DNA of 64,000 bases from Squalus acanthias (lineage: Eukaryota), in assembly GCA_030390025.1 (NCBI GenBank), contig CM059431.1:111416001-111480000 (forward strand), read 5' to 3'. Both the position numbers and the translations under genes were made by a program. Shown here piece after piece: positions 50,250-61,565 of this stretch. The notes beneath the pieces are model-generated. The model ran no database searches. It had not been told where the DNA came from and saw only the letters and a program-made list of their open reading frames with translations. How positions within the stretch are numbered: the stretch's first letter is position 1; each line of letters begins with the position of its first letter.

Positions 50250-51042
50250 GGGGAAAAATTGGGTATTGCCCATTTTGGGGCGCTAATATCAACCGGGCGC
50301 AAAGTTTAGCGCCCGGCGCTAATTATCACCTCAGACTGCAAAATTCGCCTCTATCAACCCTGGAGGTGATTTGAGCGCTAAATCAGGCGCTACACACCTC
50401 TCTTAAGGCGCAAACGTCAGGGAGCGAGGCGCTACCTCAGAACGCTACCGAAGCTCAGGCGATGTCAGTTACCATAAAAGCCAGACTGGCGCCGTCCAGT
50501 TCTTAAAGGGGAGTGGCCATCTTGCTGGCCAGCCACTCCCTGCTCATTGCAGCCTTGAATCTCGGCCTGGAGAGACCTCTAAAGCAATTGTGTTGAAAGC
50601 ACTAATGTATAGGCCCAGGGAAAGAGCTCGGCACTTAGCAACCTCAAAAGTGGTGCTGAGGGCCAAAACTCCTTCAGACAGCATTAAATCTCTCCAGATG
50701 TCTCTCTCCCTCTCAACCTGCGTGTACCAAAAATTTTGCCGACAAGAAAAGGCAGGAAGCGCCCGTCTTTAAATAGCACTCCACAGCCCCTTCCCAACTT
50801 GAAAACGGTCCCCTCTACCTGTCGTTCCTAGCAGCAGGCTACCGGGGTGTTGCACGCTCGACTGACGTCACGATCTGCAGGCGCAGGAGATCGTAGCATT
50901 AGTGTTTAGCGCCGTCGCAAAACGACTGGTCAATTTAGCGAGCAGCGCTAAAATCGCCGCGCTCAGGCACTAAGTTCCTAGCGCCCGATCAGCACCCCCT
51001 GAAGGTGCTAACGGGGGGCGCTAAACAACCGAATTTTCCCCC
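50250..51042. mobile_element. Harbinger-type MITE related to family A
   Basis: TIRs GGGGAAAAATTGG / CCGAATTTTCCCCC with a 3-bp CAT duplication. Confidence 0.8.
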
Positions 51043-51060
51043 CATGTTCTTAAAAATGCT

Positions 51061-51775
51061 GGCCTGGAGTTTCCACTCGGTTGGGCTGGTTTTTTCAGCG
51101 CGGTTCGCCTGAAATCGGCCAAGCCAGCGTAAAAAATCATAGAATTTCATGGTCAAATTACGTCCAGCACAAGTCAAGTTTCCGCGATCTTTTGCGCTAG
51201 TTTAAAAAAAATGGCACTGGAAGCCAGCCCCGCCCACAAAACTGGCCACGCCCCCAGATGGAATTAATCACCATTGGGAGTTTCCACTAATTGGGCTCAT
51301 TTGCGGGCATTCGAGGAGGCTCTTAAAATTAAGCTGGATCTTTTGGCCACAGGGACACTAATTTACCTTTTAAAAGATTTTGAATATATATTTATTTGAA
51401 TTTACTGAGAAATTGACGACTCTACATCAATATAACTAGTAATTTTCAATTATTTAAAATCGGGTTACTCGCAGGTGGTGGACTAGACACTCTGATTAAA
51501 AATGCTTATGTTTTGTGATAAACCCATTCTCAGCTGTATTAAGACTGCACCAGGTTACCGCTCTTAAAATACGTCAACGAATATTTTTTGATTCAAAAAC
51601 TTTTTTTTTAAATTACGTTCTGCAATGCTGCCCGATTGCACTGGTTCATGGCAGATTTTACACGTGGCAATACGCAAATGAGTTTGAGCAGAAACCTGGA
51701 GGAAGAAAACATTCCTCAAAACTGCGCAATTTGCGCCCGGATCGCCGTTTGCACCCAAAGCGGAAACTCTATCCC
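51061..51775. mobile_element. Probable MITE
   Basis: Imperfect TIRs GGCCTGGAGTTTCC / GGAAACTCTATCCC. Confidence 0.55.
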
Positions 51776-52168
51776 GCTGTGCCTAATGTACATGTATCAT
51801 AGTCAGATGGCTTGAAACTTTCATTTTCATACTTATTAAAGCAGTACATAATGCAAGTTCCGCGTTTTCCTCGGGCCCCAGATGTTGTGCTGATTTCCAC
51901 TTGTTTACACCCATTTTAATGTTCTGGTGTATGCTAATGAGATTGGCAGGAAATTTGAGTGTAGATAGGCATCGGCAAAATGGGCGAACAAATGGGCGTA
52001 ATTCTGGGTGTAACTTCCCGATTACACTCCACAGGAAATTCCACCCCAGGTATCTTTTTGTCAAGGCATATTTAATGTTGAAAGGGTTCCTGTAAAATGT
52101 TGACTCCTCAGGTCAGTTCCCCCTTCTTATTAATGACAGAAATTCTTTGTCTCTTCTGAGAACCTTAC

Positions 52169-52360
52169 TTGTATCCATCCTGTATTCTTGACAACGAGCG
52201 GATCTGTTCGACAGAATTCCTGTGTCTTTGCACAATTACATTTCATTTTCAACCAAAGTGATTCATTGTAAATGTTACATTTGGGATAAAAGGGTTCTGG
52301 TGGGGAACTGGCGATTTCTGGGTCAGTGGCGTGGATAATTAAAAAAAGCACCTCCAGAAA
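52169..52360 (-). CDS. Internal coding exon (192 nt, phase 0 to 0) of an unidentified host gene
   Basis: Acceptor TTTGCTTTTCTCTTCCAG, donor CAA|GTAAGG; 64 open codons FLEVLFLIIHATDPEIASSPPEPFYPKCNIYNESLWLKMKCNCAKTQEFCRTDPLVVKNTGWIQ, in unique sequence. Confidence 0.8.
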
Positions 52361-54342
52361 CTGGAAGAGAAAAGCAAATTAATAGCAAAAAATGAGACAC
52401 CTAAACATCAAATTCCTAGGAAGACTGTTTCTTCCTAATAGCTCACTGTAACCGGCAGCTTTAACGAACGAGATTCGCATTAAAGCAAATTAGGTATCAC
52501 ATTCTGCAAGCCACTCTCGTAACATAACATCTCAGTGCAGCCACACCCATATATGCCTCTGTAGCACATTACACCCTAAGCAGTCCCCAGGTTACTAAAG
52601 CTACAAACATCCCTCCCATTAGCTGCATGAAGTCAGCATTTCCATGGTAACCAGCTTCTGACCCTAGGGAGTGCAGCCGAGGCAATGAAAAGCTCCTTTC
52701 TATTTCCATGCACACAGTGCCTTCTAAACTGGCAGCTCTTTACTTTTCCCAGCTTCACGAGGGTGGGACACGTACAGCTGAAAAGAGGCTTATAAACTGA
52801 GCTCCAGCAAGCGAAATCCGCTGAAACCTTCACTGCACTTTATTAACAAAATCATTCATTGTCATTTGCAGCTTTCTAAAATAGAGTGCACACAATAAAA
52901 CTAGGAAAAGATCTGCTGCATTGCTTTGCATTCCAACAAGGAGCCTAACTGCAAAAAAATTGATTGGTCAGTATCTAGATAATATTATTTTGATTCAGTA
53001 ATGAATGTAACATTAGGCTTCTGACACATTACAATCACCGAACACTGTTTTAAACATCTATATATTTCAGCTTCCTCCCTCCCAATCTTGATCATTATAT
53101 AGAATTGTATAAGTTCAGAGCTGGCAGGCGTAGTAAACAATTTTAATTTCAGCCTTTATTATTTTTTTCCCCCTCTTTTCTCACTAATTATCTCCCCTCC
53201 CTGTCCTGCATTGAAGCGTTGATTTTCCCGTTTGCTGGAGTACAATTTCAGAAGCACTGGTTAGCCGCCAGCATCTTGCCAAAGTGGCTATTAATCTTGT
53301 GCAGGCTGTGACGGTGAGTGTTGGCAGGCTATTCATCCATGGAAAGGAGATCAGGACCCCTTCTGTCCTCATCTGACCTCCACATAGGTGCATTTTCAAC
53401 AGGGGCTGCTCACAACAATCAGCAAAGGGGATCCCGGGCAATTTTCTCCTCCCTAACCTGGGACGCTGAGGTTACTTACGGCCCTCCCACTGCCATTGGG
53501 TGAGATCTGCTAACTATGTGGACACCAGGGATTAAACCTGGAACTGTCTTGATCTGTATAGCTCAGCTGCTGACTGGATCAGCCATTGGGGAGTAGTTGT
53601 TTTTTAAATTAAAGTAGTCCTGTATGACTATCCGCGTGTTACTACAAATATAAAATCACAAGTTCACATTAAAGGTACTCTGGACTTCACTAGATGTACA
53701 ATTGTTGCAATGCAGCCGTGCCCAGACTAAATGATTTCTCAAAAAGCAATGCAGGATAGAATGTTAAAATCTAATGTCCCAGTCTGGAAAGCAGTTAGTA
53801 TGTTAGTGGAAGCAGCGATAGAAATAATGAGATGCTGTGAAATGGGCTCTGGAAGCGAGCCTGGGTTTGATAGGATAGTACATCAGCTACAAAGAAATGA
53901 AATTTGGTTTTGAATTTAGTGTGCTCTGCGTGTATCTAACCCTGGAAAAAAAAACAAGAGTGTACAGGGCTTTGGAATAGTCCAATACGTGGCTATGTGA
54001 GCAGATGGCCATCTGCTGGCTCAAGGCATGGAACTACAGTACAGCTTACGGCCAATTTGAATGCAAAAGTCAGATTCAATCTCCCGAGCTGTGGGTGATG
54101 TTCTGTTTAAACACCCACTGAGTTTTAACGAGCTTGGAGCTCACCATTAACGCCGTTTTATCAAAATCAGAACCTGCATATATGTAGCATGTAGGGCAGT
54201 ATTTGAATAACCTGTAAAAAAGTAATTAATTCCCAGTACCAATGGAAAATTGTTAATCACCTTTCAAGAGTCGATGATATGTTGTGTTTCTAGGAACACT
54301 CAGCAGGTCAGGCAGCATCGAGGAGAGAGAAACAGAGTCAAA

Positions 54343-56014
54343 GGGCTCGATTTTAATAACGGAGGCGGGTTGAGGCCGGGCCCGCTGCTCGGCAGCTTTC
54401 AGACCCGCACCCGGCTGCCGCCTCCCAGCACTTCCGATTTTGGCTTCATTGCCCTCGTTACGGTCGACGAGCGGGTCCCTCCAGGCAATTGCTTGGAGGA
54501 TGTCAGTTTCTCGCGTCTGATGACGCGTTGTTTGTTTGAAAATTTAAAGGGGACACGTCCCCTTTGCATACAAATGTCATTGGGATGGCTTGGTGCTTTA
54601 CTATCGAGAAAGGGGAGTTGACTGCGTCTGATCTGAGCAAAATTTAATGAATGATATTGGTGGTCATATTATTCCAGAAAGAGATTCATGACTTTTTGAT
54701 ATATGACTTTATTATCTGACTATGAAATGAAAAAGATGCCAGATGTGTTCCAAAGATTTGCTTAGTAATATTAATGCTTTTTTCCTCTTAAAGGTGCTGG
54801 CTGCTGCAGGAATGGCAGCCCCAAAAACTAAGGCTGCAGCCAGGTTCAATGAGGGCTCGCTCCATGCTCTTGTGGAGGGAGTTAGAGGACGTCAGGAGCT
54901 CCTCTTCACTGGAAACGGAAGGAGGAGGCCTCCTCAGCAAACCAAGGCAGCTTGGCTGCAAATTGCTGAGGAGGTGAGCTCGAGGTCTGTGTGCAGACGC
55001 ACATGGGTTTAGTGTCGAAAAAGGTTAAATGATCTGCTGAGATCACCTAAAGTGTGGCCTCTGTGTTCTGGGAAATGGAAGTTCAAGAGTGAGGGCTCAG
55101 GGTGATTTCCACGTAGAATGTTGGTGGTGACACTGAGCGCAAACCACCGTTTATTGGGCAGATGATGCCTGGGGTTTGAGACTGTTGGATTTATATTCAT
55201 CTCCATGTGCCAGCCACCTGTGGTTGAAGCGTTAGCTTACGTGAATCTGGCATGGATGAGTGCATCCCTTGCCTGATGGCCATCAATGTGGTCACCTGCT
55301 GCTGGATTGGCCACATCCGGCCCTGCAAGGCATTACTCCCCGTCCTCCTACTCATCCTCCTCCTCGTCCTCTTCCTCATTGTCTTCATCTTCCTCCAAGG
55401 AGGCTGTGTGCTGAGCTACTTGTTCATCCAGTAACACTAAGCCGCGCTGCTCTTCCTCCGAATCTGACGACCAGGATGAGAGGATGTAAACAGTTCCCAT
55501 CCCGTTGTTATAGATTTCAGCACACACTCAAAGTAGCCTAAAATTATTCCAATCAGTTCAAACAGCAGGTGTGTATCAGCTTAACAAGGTCAGTAGATTT
55601 GCAAAATCTTATCACAAACCTCCAACAACAAAGTTGTTGCATTTGAATGTCAGCCATGTTACAGGAGCACTTTTAAAGTTCTGCACCAATAATGACTACA
55701 GATCATATTCTCCACCAACTCGTCTCCTTGCAGATGGACTGTTTCTGACAAGACGGGAAACAGGAGCCAGAGGCACGAAAATAGGAAACCACCATCAAAA
55801 TAGGATTATCAAGGCAGTTAACAGGCTCTTAACTGCCTTAACTACCTGTCCCACTGGTTGGAGTCGGGTCAGTTTGGGAGCGGCTGAACAGACACTTACA
55901 AAAATCGCGTGGGGGCGGGATGGAGGCGGGTTGGGTGTCTGAAGCCATTTTTGCCGATTTTCGCAGCTGACCCACCTCCAAACCCACCTCCTCAGGGCTA
56001 TTAAAATTGAGCCC
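54343..56014. mobile_element. Non-autonomous Harbinger deletion derivative with convergent Myb/SANT and transposase remnants
   Basis: TIRs GGGCTCGATTTTAATA / TATTAAAATTGAGCCC; + strand ARFNEGSLHALVEGV...AWLQIAEEV...RTWV*CRKRLNDL (54812-55050); - strand MGTVYILSSWSSDSEEE...ARDALIHARFT* (55500-55237). Confidence 0.82.
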
Positions 56015-56254
56015 AACGTTTCAAGTCGGGGACCCTTCCAGTTCTGACAAAGGGTCCCCGACTCAAAACATTGACTCTGTTTCTCTCTCTTCGATGCTGC
56101 CTGACCTGCTGAGAGTTTCCAGCATTTTCTGTTGCTATTTCAGATTTCCAGCATCCGCAGTATTTTGCTATTGTGTTGTGTTTCTGCGTTGTTATCAGAT
56201 AGAAGGTAAAATGGATCTTTCTTACAGCATGTACATACAGTTCCTATGAGCAAA

Positions 56255-56969
56255 AATGTTCTCCAATTAAATATTGGGAAGACCGAAGCCATTGTTTTCG
56301 GTCCCCGCCACAAACTCCGTTCCCTAGCCACTGACTTCATCCCTCTCCCTAACATCTGTCTGAGGCTGAACCACACTTCATAACCTTGGTGTCATATTTG
56401 ACCCAAAAATAAGCTTCCGACCACATATCTGCAGTATAACTAAGACCGCCTACTTCCACCTCCATAACATCGCCTGTCTCCGCCCTTGCCTCAGCTCATC
56501 CGCTGCTGAAACCCTCATCCATGCCTTTGTTACCTCTAGGCTTGACTATTCCAATGCACTCCTGGCTGGCCTCCCACATTCCACCCTACGTAAACTTGAG
56601 CTCATCCAAAACTCAGCTGCCCGTGTCCTAACTCGCACCAAGTCCCGTTCGCCCATCTCCCCTGTGCTTGCTGACCTACATTGGCTCCCGGTTAAGCAGT
56701 GCCTCGATTTCAAAATTCTCATCCTTGTTTTCAAATCCCTCCATGGTCTCGCCCCTCCCTATCTCTGTAATCTCCTCCAGCCCCACAACCCCCCAAGATA
56801 TCTGCGTTCCTCTTGGACCAAGCTTTTGGTCACTTGACCTAATTTATCCTTATGTGGCTCGGTGTCAAATTTTTTGTCTTATAATACTCCTGTTTAGCGC
56901 CTTGGGACGTTTTACCACGTTAAAGGCGCTATATAAATACAAGTTGTTGTTATTGTTGTTGTTGTTGTT
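56255..56969 (+). mobile_element. L2 LINE 3' fragment
   Basis: Reverse complement of the other L2 copies; (TTG)n tail at ~56943-56969. Confidence 0.88.
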
Positions 56970-57528
56970 TGACGACTTAATTTCAAAAACATTCTGTTTT
57001 TCCAGCTTGATCATCCAAGTTAGGGTAATTCAATGATTCAGATATACTACAGTTGTTTAAAAAAAAAACCATAGCTGATTATTTTGCATATCTTTTAACC
57101 TTTAAGACAAAGGTTTAACATTACAGCAAAGAAAGAGACCATTCGACCCTTCCTACCTGTGCTGGTGCTAGCTTTTCAACTCGAGCTATCAACTCTAATC
57201 CCACACCCTTGCCCTTTCTCCATAACCTTTTGTATTATTCCATTCAAATACCGATCCAATCCACTTTTAAATCTCTGACTCAATGGCCACTTACGCTAAG
57301 TCATTCCTTGTTCTAATGATCCTCTGTGGAAAAAAAATTCTCCTAACTTCCCTTTCATTCTTCCAGTAATAATCCTGACTTCATACCCCCCAGTTATCAA
57401 TTCAATAACCAACGGAAACAATGTTTCACGATTTGTCTCTCATAATTTTCTAAAGTTCTAATAGATTCTCTGTACCAATGAAAAGAGCTCTAATTTAAAA
57501 AAAAATATTTCTACATAATTATGGCACA

Positions 57529-57979
57529 AGTGTCAGCTGTGGCTCAGTGGGTAGCACGCTCTCCTCTGAGGTCAGAGGGTCGTGGGTTCAAGTCCCACTC
57601 CTGACACTTAAGCACAAAATCCAGGCTGACACTCCAGGGCAGTAGCGAGGGAGTGCGGCACTGTCGGAGGTGCTGTCTTTCAGATGAGACATCAAGCTGA
57701 AGCCCCATCTGCCCTCTCAGGTGGACGTGAAAAATCCCATTGCACTATTTTGAAGAAAAACAGGGGCGTTCTCCCCGGTATCCTGGCCAATATATACCTC
57801 TCAACCAACATCATTAAACAAACAGATGATCTGGTCATTTATCATATTGCTGTTTGTAGGACCTTGCTGTGCGCAAATTGGCTGCCACATATTTCTTAAG
57901 TACTTAATTGTCTGTAAAGCACTTTGGGACGTCCTGAGGTTGTGGAAGGTGCTGTATAAATCCAAGTTCTTTCTTTCTT
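57529..57979 (+). mobile_element. Deu-domain tRNA SINE inserted in a decayed CR1 (~57115-58340, minus strand)
   Basis: Full SINE layout; flanks show GACCAGAACTACACACAATACTCCA and CR1 3' remnants. Confidence 0.82.
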
Positions 57980-58363
57980 TATAACCACTAATTCCATGTA
58001 TAATTCTAGTGAATCTTTCCTTACCTTTTTCATGTTTCTAATATCCTTCCTGGATTGGGGTGACCAGAACTACACACAATACTCCAAATGTGGCCTAACC
58101 ATTGCATTGTATAAATTTAAAATCACTTCCTTCCTTTTATGTACAATGTGCGTATATATAAAACCCCAAATCTCATTTGTCTTCTTATGGCCTTTTCTGC
58201 CTGTACTCCTGCCATAAAAAATCAATATATTTATCTCCTAGATCTCTCTCTGTTCCTCCACTCTTACCATTTAGAGTATACTTCCTTCCACTATACTTGC
58301 TTCCAAAATGTACTACTTCGCATTTCTCTTTTAAAAATGGAGTTGCCACTTATCTGCTACTTA

Positions 58364-59577
58364 CAGTTGCCAACTCTGAGGGGGCGATTTTGCCAGCCCT
58401 GGGGAGGCGGGTTTGGAGGTGGGATTGCCAGGAAAATGGCAGAAACTGGGAGCGGGTACCCATCCCGCCCCTAACCCGCCTCCGTGCCATCTTCCCAGGA
58501 GGCGGGTACCCGATCCCCGCCGGGTCCCGTCTCCTCGAGGTGGGAAGGAGATTACAGCCACTTAACTGCCTGTTAACAGGTAGATAACAGGCAGTTAAGA
58601 GGATTATCCCCATTTTTCCAACAGAAGTGCGGGCTTCCCGACGTCGGGAAACCCCACCAGAGTCAGTGAGGCGAGCAGTGGGTCTGCGGGGGTGAGAGGG
58701 GTCCAAAAGTGCGCTGTGGAGGTGAGTGATGGGTGCAAGTGTGGACAGGTAAGTATGTGAGGTGAGTGAAAAGTCTTAGAAAAATTTCCTTACCTTTGTT
58801 TCTTCCTGCAGGCTTCAATCGCTGGGGATCCGGAGGCTCCGGCATCTCCACGACGGAGATGACAGAATGGCTGCTGCATTCTCCGATGCAACAGCCATCT
58901 TCTTTCTGCTCAGGAAATAGGTTTGGTGAGTCTTGAGTACAAGAACTCACCAAACAACAGAGAATGTCAGTGTTTGACAGTTTCTCAAAGCTGTCAAATG
59001 ATGACAATTCATCTGTCAAAAAATTTTGACAGATGAAACGTCATACGCTGACGTTCTCTGTCACCGGCTTTCCCTTAATTGGCCTGCTAAACCCGCAGGG
59101 CGGGCTTAACAAGGTCAATCAAGGGAAAATAGCGTGGGTTGGCCGGACGTCGATGGAGGCGGGACTAAAACCCGACAAGCAGTAGTCCCGCCTCCAACGC
59201 GCCCCCATTGATAAAATTCCCCCCTGATTGACTGTGTTCCTGGAGGTTTCATCACATGACCTCCTGCCCCGCCCCTGCACTCCCGCCATTGGTCACCCGA
59301 CACGTCCATCCTCACGACACGCCACCTTCCCACACCAATTGGGAAGTGAAAAGACTCTTCGTTACCCGATTGGATGATTATTGATCATCATTCAAGCAGC
59401 CTTTTTTTCCCCATCTCCAATATTTTTATAACTGATAAACTGAAGTGTTCAAAGAAAATGAAAAAAACACGCTTAATGTCTATATGATTTTTCTCCAGTT
59501 TGCTCGCAGCAGTGTCCTGGAGATTAATCTTCAATTCCTGGAGACTCCAGGGCAATCCTGGAGGGTTGGCAACCCGA
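58364..59577. mobile_element. hAT-like MITE (reverse copy of 13871-14161) split by MITE C
   Basis: GTTGCCAACTCTGA at the left end; TTGACTGTGTTCCTGGAGG...GGTTGGCAACCC at the right. Confidence 0.7.
58380..59224. mobile_element. Harbinger-type MITE family C, full length
   Basis: TIRs GGGGGCGATTTT / AAAATTCCCCCC with a TGA duplication. Confidence 0.85.
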
Positions 59578-60187
59578 CTGTTACTCCACTTACTTGTCTA
59601 TGTCCTCCTGCAGTCTCCTGTATTCTTCCTCATAGTTTGTCATGTCCCTAATTTGATATCAGCAGTAAATTTCATTAGAATTCCTCTTCTGCCTGTGTCC
59701 AAATCATTTATATAAATGGAAAACAAATGAGATCTCAACACAGACTCGTGGGACATGTCACTACCTACATCCCACCAACCCAAAAACATTCATTTACTCC
59801 TATTCTTTGCATTCTGAACCCTGGCCATCTCTCTACTTGTGCACTGCATTCCCTTTAAAATCAGCATCAATCTTCGTAGCAAGTCTCTTATTTGACAGCT
59901 TGTCAAGCACCTTATGAAAATCCACTGTATTCCCTTTATCTATACACTCTGATTTCTTCGAAAAATGCAATGTTTTATTGCAGTTTGCAGAAATAGAAAT
60001 AGCACAGGCACATTTCTGGAACATGAAAAACGTAACAAAATCAATCCTTGAGGTAACATGTCTTGTTTATATCATTGACCTTTTTCTTATTTAAAAACTT
60101 TCCGATATGGTTCCAGCTTTCTGAGAATATGCTACGCAAAAACAACTTGCATTTATATAGCACCTTTATTGTAGTAAAATGTCCCAA

Positions 60188-60646
60188 GGCTCAGTTGGTA
60201 GCACCCTCACCTCTGAGGCAGAAGGTTGTGGGTTCAAGTCCCACTCCAGGGACTTTGAGCACAAAAATCTAGGCTGACACTCCAGTGCAGTTCTGAGGGG
60301 GTGCTGCACTGTCAGAGGTGCCGTCTTTCGGATGAGACGTTAAACCGAGGCCCCGTCTGCTCTCTCAAGTGGACTTAAAAGATCATGTGGCACTATTTTA
60401 AAGACGAGCAGGGGAGTTTTCCCCGGTGTCCTGGCCAATATTTATCCCTCAATCAACATAACAAAAAACAGATTATCTGGTCATTATCACATTGCTGTTT
60501 GTGGGAGCCTTGCTTGTGCGCAAATTGTCTGCCGCGTTTCCTACATTACAACAGTGACTCCACTCCAAAAGTACTTCATTGGCTGTAAAGCACTTTGAGA
60601 CGTCCGGTGGACGCGAAAGGCGCTATAGAAATGCAAGTCTTTCTTT
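60188..60646 (+). mobile_element. Deu-domain tRNA SINE
   Basis: B box GGTTCAAGTCCC, Deu block and tail; flanked by CAAGGC repeats. Confidence 0.85.
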
Positions 60647-60897
60647 CAAGGCGCTTCACAGGAATGTTATCAAACAAATTTCGACATCGAGCCACATACG
60701 GAGATATTAGAATAGATGACCAAAAGCTTGGTCAAAGCGGTAGGTTTTAAGGAGTGTCTTAAATGAGGAGAGAGAGGTAGAGCGGCGGAGAGGTTTAAGG
60801 AGGGAATTCCAGATCTTAGGGCCTAAGCAGCTGAAGGCACGGCCGCCAATGGTGTAGCGATTAAAATCAGGGATGCTCAAGAGGCGAGGGTTGTAGA

Positions 60898-61084
60898 CAA
60901 TGCTCCCTCTAAATATTACCGTGGGTGGGTGGCCTGTTTATTTAAATGAGTGGTACCAGTATATTTGCAATGTGATCGCTACGCACGCGCAGTATCGTCA
61001 ACGGGACAACTTGTGAGCGACCTGCGCGGTATCTTCACAGATCACTGTGTGGCCGCACTCCCGCACAGCTTACAGGGAACATTG
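60898..61084. mobile_element. hAT-like MITE
   Basis: TIRs CAATGCTCCCTCTAA / TTACAGGGAACATTG; flanking 8-mers GTTGTAGA / GCTGCAGA (6/8 identical). Confidence 0.7.
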
Positions 61085-61565
61085 GCTGCAGAGCTGGAGG
61101 AGGTTACAGAGATAGGGAGGGGCGAGGCCATGGAGGGATTTGAAAACAAGGAGGCAAATTTTTAAATCGAGGCATTGCTGGACTGGGAACCCATATAGGT
61201 CAACGAGCACAGGGGTGATAGGTGAACGGGACTTGGTGCGAGTTAGGACACGGGCAGCAGAGTTTTGGATGAGCTCAAGTTTATATAGGGTGGAAGATGG
61301 GAGGCCAGCCAGGAGTGCGTTGGAATAGTCAAGTCTAGAGATAACAAAGGCATGGACGAGGGTTTCAGCAGCAGATGAGCTGAGGCAGGGGCGGAGATGA
61401 GCAATGTTACGGAGGTGGAAATAGATTATCCTGGTGATGGAGTGGATATGTGGTTAAAACTCATCTCTGACTACACAGGTAGTTCAAAACAGCTCTGCAT
61501 TACATCATAACAGTTCCAGAGAATTTTCCAAAATCAAATTGATGTACAATGGGGTAAAATGTTAA

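Larger units (their letters stand above)
60140..61450 (-). mobile_element. L2 LINE fragment with two nested insertions
   Basis: L2 tail at 60140-60190 resumes at ~60647; similar to 41292-42000. Confidence 0.8.

Noticed and set aside
52744..52777. Short minus-strand exon candidate upstream of the 192-nt exon
   Set aside because: Weak donor and no supporting context.
59983..60052. Plus-strand exon-like segment (FAEIEIAQAHFWNMKNVTKSILE)
   Set aside because: Isolated, adjacent to decayed CR1, with no partner exons.
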